From positions 62,001 to 84,645 of the forward strand of contig MU271353.1 in NCBI GenBank assembly GCA_021432655.1: a stretch of 22,645 nucleotides of DNA. Reading direction: 5' to 3'. Origin of the DNA: Atractiella rhizophila (lineage: Eukaryota). Below the pieces are notes generated by a model that saw only the letters and a list, made by a program, of their open reading frames with translations, did no database searches and had not been told where the DNA came from. Within the stretch, counting starts at the first letter, position 1; the number at the start of each line of letters is the position of its first letter. The position numbers were made by a program, and so were the translations under genes. Below, one piece after another: positions 21,871 to 22,645 of the stretch.

Positions 21871-22645
21871 CCATGGCCATGGGTCATGAAAAATGTCTTC
21901 AGGATGAACGAAACAGCCATCAAAGCTCATTACGACGGCCAAGTGATAAAACCGTCGAGATATATGAAGAATTTCAATGACGGCAATTATGAGAATACCC
22001 TACTTTCTGAAAGTGCGAGGGGAATTGTGTGGGTTATCGACGTGTGAGCTTTTCACTTGTCTGCTCTGCTTAGATGGGATTACGGTGTAATGCTCTGTCT
22101 TTTGGCATGGGAAGCTATGCGAAGTCCCCTAGACACGGCGATTCCACCAGCATGTTCAGCGAAGCAGTTCTCTCGGTGGCGGAGAACAACTCGTCGATGG
22201 CAGGAGGGGATTTAGCGGATTACTATCGGTTTGGTCGTGTGGATTATCTCAAGGTGGACGTTCTCACTACCGTCTTCATGATTCCAAAGTACGCATTTCC
22301 TTCCCAAAATGTTTACGTTGTACTTATTCTTATTCGGTGAATGCAGACCGCCACTCATCGTCTTCTCGCACCTTCCCGAAGACGCTCCTTCGCCGGCGCG
22401 GATGGCCGACCTCGAGCTTCGCTTCTTGCGGTTGGGAACGATCAGGCCCAATGCTACAGACTTGCACGACTTCCTCAAGGATGAGTACTGGAAGTATATT
22501 GCGCCATGGAAGAACGGATGGTTCTCTCCCGATGGACCTTAGTACTTGTCTTCTGTCGAGCATTTTATGTCGCTTATGGAAATTCGAATAGTGCCTTCAT
22601 CCTGCCTCCCATTGGACGCTTCTTTTCTTTCTTCCACCTCTACAC
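21751..22645 (+). CDS. Signal-peptide-bearing thioredoxin-fold protein resembling TMX-type ER proteins; truncated by the window end
   Basis: Exons 21751-22043, 22115-22288, 22347-22541, 22592->22645 join in frame. Trx/TMX-like pattern FNDGNYENTLL...WVIDVY...RFGRVDY...LTTVFMIPKPPLIVF...DFLKDEYWKYIAPW...WFSPDG. Family call is inference from pattern. Confidence 0.65.

Overview
Intron-rich fungal genomic DNA, basidiomycete-like by inference from short GT-AG introns and protein style. The left half is housekeeping: RPA2/RPA135 (RNA polymerase I second-largest subunit, +) and a lipin/PAH1 phosphatidate phosphatase (-). RPA2 carries a 169-bp intron+exon tandem duplication and a frameshifting 26-bp tandem duplication. 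Next come a secreted ricin-B/beta-trefoil-like protein split by a KR-flanked acidic spacer, and lineage-specific hypothetical genes. The right half (15.5-21.9 kb) is an inverted triplication (minus, plus, minus) of a gene the ORF track breaks into pieces. A conserved 31-nt micro-exon joins these pieces into a 4-exon, ~510-530 aa protein: uncharacterised CPxCG domain, basic NLS-like tract, internal F-box-like motif and LRR-like tail. Copy 1 has lost a splice acceptor. The duplication also captured the promoter and signal-peptide region of the neighbouring TMX-like thioredoxin-fold gene, which runs off the window end. All exon models are manual and unverified by transcript data or database search.
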